A stretch of 4,256 nt of DNA, taken from IMG/VR virus record IMGVR_UViG_2660238126_000004; one strand, written 5' to 3'. A model generated the notes under the pieces. It was not told where the DNA came from, searched no databases, and saw nothing but the letters and a program-made list of their open reading frames with translations. Source of the stretch: a virus (taxonomy: Duplodnaviria; Heunggongvirae; Uroviricota; Caudoviricetes). Shown piece by piece: positions 1 to 4,256 of this stretch. Positions within the stretch are counted from its first letter, which is position 1. Every line of letters starts with the position of its first letter. Both the position numbers and the translations under genes were made by a program.

Positions 1-188
1 GCAATGGCACCAATCGCCAGACTGTCGGTAAACGGTGTGGCGTTCAGCGCGCTGTACGCTTCAATGGCATGGGTTAACGCATCAATGCCAGTCATCGCCG
101 TGACATGCGACGGCACACCTTCGGTCAGCGCGGCGTCGAGGATCGCCACATCCGGCATCAGCGAGGCATGGGCTAACACCTGCTTGCG
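1..188 (-). pseudogene. Internal fragment of an iron-containing (group III) alcohol dehydrogenase gene, EutG-like; truncated at both ends (window edge and junction at 188|189)
   Basis: Minus-strand translation of 1-188 is one open frame: [63 protein letters not shown]. The GxDALTHAIEAY block is characteristic of Fe-ADH family proteins. The match to ethanolamine-utilisation EutG is from memory only. No start or stop codon; the frame breaks at 188|189. Confidence 0.6.
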
Positions 189-402
189 GAAGGCTTCGTC
201 AACGAAGTTCAGGTTATCGCCACCGTGGTTTCTGTTAACCCGCAAGTTAACCCGGATATCGTCGCGATGATTGGTGCTTCCGCAGCACTGTCTCTGTCTG
301 GTATTCCGTTCAATGGTCCGATTGGTGCTGCTCGCGTAGGTTACATCAATGACCAGTACGTACTGAACCCGACTCAGGACGAGCTGAAAGAGAGCAAACT
401 GG
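189..402 (+). pseudogene. pnp: Internal fragment of polynucleotide phosphorylase (PNPase) gene, about 71 codons, no start or stop of its own
   Basis: Plus frame 3 from 189 translates [71 protein letters not shown], matching the first RNase PH-like domain of E. coli PNPase as I recall it. The match ends where PNPase should continue DLVVAGT and the sequence instead reads EAHLFSV, which is antisense lon. The ORF-track 'M' at 225 is an internal GTG valine codon. Confidence 0.85.
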
Positions 403-1965
403 AAGCTCACCTTTTTTCAGTGCATTACGTTCAATCTGCTTCGGCAGCAGGTGACGTTTGGCGATGTTCAGTTTTTCATCTTCGGTATAACCGGAGAGGC
501 GAATCACTTCCATACGATCCAGCAGCGGTGCCGGAATGTTCATGGAGTTCGACGTCGCGACAAACATCACGTCGCTGAGATCGTAATCCACTTCCAGGTA
601 GTGGTCGCTGAACGCTACGTTCTGCTCTGGATCCAGCACTTCAAGCAGTGCAGAGGCCGGATCGCCTCGCATGTCAGAAGACATTTTGTCGATCTCATCA
701 AGCAGGAACAGCGGGTTTTTCACGCCCACTTTCGCCATTTTCTGGATCAGTTTACCCGGCATAGAACCGATGTAAGTACGGCGGTGACCACGGATTTCCG
801 CTTCATCACGCACGCCGCCCAGCGCCATACGGACATATTTACGCCCGGTGGCTTTGGCAATGGACTGACCAAGAGAGGTTTTACCTACCCCCGGCGGCCC
901 TACCAGGCAGAGGATCGGTCCCTTGATTTTGTTGACACGGCTTTGAACCGCAAGGTACTCAAGGATGCGATCTTTCACGCGCTCCAGACCATAATGGTCG
1001 GTATCAAGGATTTCCTGCGCCTGACGCAGGTCTTTTTTGACCTTGCTGCGCGCATTCCACGGTACCTGTACCATCCAGTCGATATAACCACGCACTACGG
1101 TCGCTTCTGCCGACATCGGAGACATCATTTTCAGCTTCTGCAACTCTGCTTCCGCTTTCTCTTTTGCCTCTTTCGGCATCTTCGCCGCGTCGATTTTGCG
1201 CTTCAGGGCTTCGTTTTCGTCCGGCGCGTCGTCCATTTCACCGAGTTCTTTCTGAATAGCTTTCATTTGCTCGTTCAGATAGTACTCACGCTGGGATTTC
1301 TCCATCTGCTTTTTAACGCGGTTGCGAATGCGTTTCTCAACCTGCAGCAGATCGATTTCCGATTCCATCATTGCCATCAGATATTCCAGACGTTCGTTAA
1401 CGTCGGACATCTCCAGAACGGACTGTTTGTCAGCCAGTTTCAGCGGCATATGTGCAGCAATGGTATCCGCCAGACGCGCCGGATCGTCGATGCTATTCAG
1501 CGACGTCAGCACTTCTGGTGGGATTTTTTTGTTCAGCTTGATGTAGCCTTCGAACTGGCTGATTGCAGTACGCACCAGCACTTCCTGTTCCCGCTCATCA
1601 ATGGTCGGCGACTCCAGATACTCCGCCTTCGCAGAAAAGTGTTCGCCATTGTCAGAGAGCGCAGAAATACGCGCGCGCTGTAACCCCTCGACCAGCACTT
1701 TGACGGTGCCGTCAGGCAGTTTCAGCATCTGCAATATAGAGGCCACGGTCCCGACGGTGAAAAGATCGTTTACACCCGGCTCATCCGTTGAAGCTTCTTT
1801 CTGCGCGACCAGCATAATTTTTTTATCATGGTCCATCGCCGCTTCCAGACAACGGATAGATTTTTCCCGCCCGACAAATAAGGGGATGACCATGTGCGGA
1901 TAAACCACCACATCGCGCAGCGGCAATACGGGGATTTCAATGCGTTCAGAACGCTCAGGATTCAT
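403..1965 (-). CDS. lon: ATP-dependent Lon protease, N-terminal 521 codons only (N domain plus AAA+ module); the proteolytic domain is absent. The reading frame continues through 18 unrelated codons (antisense pnp) to a TGA at 346-348
   Basis: Translation from the ATG at 1965 reads [35 protein letters not shown]... and includes the Walker A motif GPPGVGKTS, ending ...[13 protein letters not shown] at 403. The expected continuation TVDDSAIIGIIRYY is replaced by [18 protein letters not shown] then stop. The ORF-track start at 2010 is 15 codons upstream of the real start. A purine-rich RBS (AAGAGAGAG) precedes the 1965 ATG. Confidence 0.95.
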
Positions 1966-2048
1966 AGAGCTCTCTCTTAGTTTAATTTCCGCCAGGTAAT
2001 CAGATGACACGACTGTGCTTCACGCCATCTATTAACATGTACGTCAGT

Positions 2049-2076
2049 ATATGGGGATGTTTCCCCCACATTCAAC
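2049..2076 (-). promoter_or_regulatory. lon sigma32 (heat-shock) promoter: -35 GTTGAAT and -10 CCCCATAT on the minus strand
   Basis: Minus strand reads CGTTGAATGTGGGGGAAACATCCCCATATACTGA. TTGAA (plus 2071-2075) and CCCCATAT (plus 2049-2056) are 14 nt apart, matching the sigma32 consensus CTTGAA-N13-17-CCCCATnT, about 85 nt upstream of the lon ATG. Confidence 0.65.
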
Positions 2077-2090
2077 GCCGAGAATAGAGG

Positions 2091-2126
2091 AAAAATTAAA
2101 GGGGAGATAAAATCCCCCCTTTTTGG
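2091..2126 (-). terminator. Rho-independent terminator downstream of clpX
   Basis: On the minus strand just after the clpX stop: CCAAAAA-GGGGGGAT-TTT-ATCTCCCC-TTTAATTTTT. An 8-bp GC-rich stem (one G-U pair) with a 3-nt loop is followed by a U-rich tract, and an A-tract precedes it. Confidence 0.6.
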
Positions 2127-2152
2127 TTAACTAATTGTATGGGAATGGTTAA

Positions 2153-3427
2153 TTATTCACCAGATGCCTGTTGCGCTTCCGGCTTACCATAAATCAGCAA
2201 CGGTTTGCTTTGACCATCAATTACCGACTCGTCGATAACCACTTTTTCGACGTCTTCCATGGACGGCAGATCGTACATGGTATCGAGCAGTGCGGCTTCT
2301 ACGATGGAACGCAGGCCACGGGCACCGGTTTTACGCGCCATCGCTTTCTTAGCGATAGCATCCAGCGCCTCGTCACGGAATTCCAGATCCACGCCTTCCA
2401 GATTAAACAGCGCCTGATACTGCTTGGTCAGGGCGTTTTTCGGCTCTTTGAGGATCTGAATCAGAGCTTCTTCGCTCAGTTCATTCAACGTTGCGACAAC
2501 CGGCAGACGACCAATGAACTCAGGGATAAGACCAAACTTGATCAGATCTTCCGGTTCAACCTGCGCCAGCAGCTCGCCTTCGCTTGCTTTGTCGGACTTC
2601 GCTTTTACCGTCGCGCCAAAACCAATGCCGGAGCCGGTTTCTACACGGTGGGAAATCACTTTATCCAGACCGGCAAACGCACCGCCACAAATAAACAGGA
2701 TCTTGGAGGTATCAACCTGCAAAAATTCCTGCTGCGGATGCTTACGCCCGCCCTGCGGTGGAACGGCAGCAACAGTACCTTCGATCAGTTTCAACAGTGC
2801 CTGCTGTACGCCTTCACCGGAAACGTCACGGGTAATAGACGGGTTGTCCGACTTACGAGAAATCTTGTCGATTTCATCGATGTAGACAATACCACGCTGT
2901 GCTTTCTGGACATCGTAGTCGCATTTCTGCAACAGTTTCTGAATGATGTTTTCAACGTCTTCGCCCACATAACCGGCTTCGGTCAGCGTGGTTGCGTCGG
3001 CCATGGTGAACGGGACGTCCAGCAGGCGCGCCAGCGTTTCAGCCAGCAGCGTTTTACCGGAACCGGTCGGACCGATCAGCAGAATGTTACTTTTGCCCAA
3101 CTCGACACCATTGCTGGTATCGCCGTTGCGCAGACGTTTGTAATGGTTGTATACCGCGACCGCCAGCACTTTTTTCGCCTGTTCCTGGCCGATAACGTAA
3201 TCGTCCAGGTGGTTGCGAATTTCATGCGGCGTCGGTAGCGCACTGCGTTCACGATGCGGTGCAACTTCTTTAATCTCTTCGCGAATGATGTCGTTACATA
3301 AATCAACACATTCGTCGCAGATATACACGGATGGACCGGCAATCAGCTTGCGCACTTCATGCTGGCTTTTGCCGCAAAAAGAGCAATACAGCAATTTGCC
3401 TGAGCCATCTTTGCGTTTATCTGTCAT
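2153..3427 (-). CDS. clpX: ATP-dependent Clp protease ATP-binding subunit ClpX (AAA+ unfoldase), complete, 424 aa
   Basis: Full-length [47 protein letters not shown]... with the N-terminal C4 zinc-binding motif, Walker A GPTGSGKT, Walker [10 protein letters not shown] and C-terminus ...[17 protein letters not shown] 6-8 nt upstream of the ATG at 3427; TAA stop at 2153-2155. Confidence 0.97.
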
Positions 3428-3485
3428 GGGTCAAAACCTCTTCTTTGTTCTTTGTGCCGCACACGACGACGCAAATGCCATTCTC

Positions 3486-3546
3486 AGGCGCAAGCCGCTT
3501 ACAGCGTTGTGCCGCCCTGGATAAGTATAGCGGCACAGTTGCGCCT
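3486..3546 (-). other. Nested inverted repeat (predicted RNA stem-loop) in the clpP-clpX intercistronic spacer
   Basis: Outer arms aggcgcaa (3486-3493) and ttgcgcct (3539-3546), inner arms gtgccgc (3509-3515) and gcggcac (3530-3536), are exact reverse complements. No U-run follows on the transcribed strand, so it is not a canonical terminator. Confidence 0.4.
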
Positions 3547-3552
3547 CTGGCA

Positions 3553-4176
3553 TCAATTACGATGGGTCAGAATCGAATCGACCAGACCGTATTCCACCGC
3601 TTCAGGGGCGGAAAGGAAGCGATCGCGCTCGGTATCACGTTCAATCTGTTCTAATGATTGACCCGTATGAAGCGCCATAAGTTCATTCATGCGCCCTTTA
3701 ACTTTCAGAATTTCACGGGCATGAATTTCGATATCGGTCGCCTGGCCCTGGTAGCCGCCCAACGGTTGGTGAATCATCACGCGCGAATTCGGCAGGCAAA
3801 AACGTTTACCTTTTGCCCCTGCGGTCAGCAAGAAAGCGCCCATCGAGGCCGCCTGGCCCATACAGATGGTGCTGACATCAGGCTTGATAAACTGCATGGT
3901 GTCATAGATAGACATCCCGGCAGTGATCACCCCGCCTGGGGAGTTAATGTACAGATAGATATCTTTTTCTGGGTTTTCTGCTTCCAGGAACAGCATCTGC
4001 GCCACAATCAGGTTAGCCATGTGGTCTTCAACCTGGCCAGTCAGAAAAATGACGCGTTCCTTAAGTAGACGAGAATAGATATCAAAAGAGCGCTCACCAC
4101 GTGAGGTCTGTTCAATGACCATCGGCACCAGCGCCATATGGGGTGCAAAGTTATCTCGTTCGCCGCTGTATGACAT
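3553..4176 (-). CDS. clpP: ATP-dependent Clp protease proteolytic subunit ClpP, complete, 207 aa
   Basis: Full-length [54 protein letters not shown]... containing the active-site serine context [11 protein letters not shown] and ending ...[11 protein letters not shown] at 4174-4176; TGA stop at 3553-3555. Confidence 0.97.
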   Translation of the reverse strand: MSYSGERDNFAPHMALVPMVIEQTSRGERSFDIYSRLLKERVIFLTGQVEDHMANLIVAQMLFLEAENPEKDIYLYINSPGGVITAGMSIYDTMQFIKPDVSTICMGQAASMGAFLLTAGAKGKRFCLPNSRVMIHQPLGGYQGQATDIEIHAREILKVKGRMNELMALHTGQSLEQIERDTERDRFLSAPEAVEYGLVDSILTHRN

Positions 4177-4182
4177 TTCCGT

Positions 4183-4187
4183 CTCCT
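4183..4187 (-). promoter_or_regulatory. clpP ribosome-binding site (AGGAG)
   Basis: Minus strand reads CCAGGAGACGGAA-ATG; AGGAG lies 6 nt upstream of the clpP start codon. The clpP promoters are expected further upstream, beyond the window edge. Confidence 0.7.
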
Positions 4188-4256
4188 GGATAAAATTGAA
4201 AAAACCTGCTGTAAAGACGAATTAACGCGTGACCGTTCACTTCACTCATTCCCAGC

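Noticed and set aside
4-270. 88-aa plus-strand ORF
   Set aside because: It runs antisense to the Fe-ADH fragment and then out of frame across the pnp fragment. No homology recognised and no RBS.
180-410. Possible insertion sequence or other mobile element causing the junctions
   Set aside because: No terminal inverted repeats, no direct-repeat target duplication and no transposase or integrase coding sequence. The fragments are ordinary chromosomal coding sequence.
225-578. 117-aa plus-strand ORF beginning MVSVNPQ
   Set aside because: Not a gene in its own right. The first 59 codons are the pnp fragment, whose apparent start is an internal GTG valine codon, and the remainder reads antisense through lon. 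It is an artefact of the junction at about 402.
451-1683. 410-aa ORF on the plus strand
   Set aside because: It lies entirely antisense to lon, whose translation matches Lon over 521 residues. The product is arginine-, histidine- and phenylalanine-rich low-complexity sequence, typical of a shadow ORF opposite a real gene.
1322-1903. 74-aa and 100-aa plus-strand ORFs inside lon
   Set aside because: Antisense shadows within lon; serine- and arginine-rich, with no supporting signals.
2171-3238. 355-aa ORF on the plus strand
   Set aside because: Antisense shadow of clpX; no RBS or recognisable domain, and the opposite strand encodes a full-length ClpX.
3213-3661. Three overlapping small plus-strand ORFs (103, 107 and 69 aa) across the clpX start, the spacer and the clpP 3' end
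   Set aside because: They overlap known minus-strand genes and the structured spacer, have no Shine-Dalgarno context, and their translations are low-complexity. Most likely spurious.
3658-4068. 136-aa plus-strand ORF
   Set aside because: Antisense shadow of clpP.
1-4256. Novel defence, toxin-antitoxin, CRISPR or secretion system
   Set aside because: Every substantial ORF is accounted for by clpP, clpX, lon or the two gene fragments. There are no repeat-spacer arrays and no unexplained coding capacity.

Overview
This window is essentially the Escherichia coli-type clpP-clpX-lon housekeeping protease locus, all on the minus strand, and I see no novel biological system in it. clpP (3553-4176) and clpX (2153-3427) are complete; lon starts at 1965 but matches Lon only for its first 521 codons, down to position 403. 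The lon sigma32 heat-shock promoter, a clpX terminator and a nested inverted repeat between clpP and clpX are readable in the intergenic spacers. The unusual part is the left 402 bp: an internal fragment of an iron-containing alcohol dehydrogenase gene (1-188, minus; EutG-like) abuts an internal fragment of pnp/PNPase (189-402, plus), which abuts the truncated lon. These three pieces come from loci that are far apart in E. coli, so this is a rearrangement, a cloning or assembly chimera, or a constructed sequence. There is no CRISPR array, transposase, integrase, toxin-antitoxin pair or defence-type gene. All protein identifications are from reading translations against remembered sequences, not from a database search.
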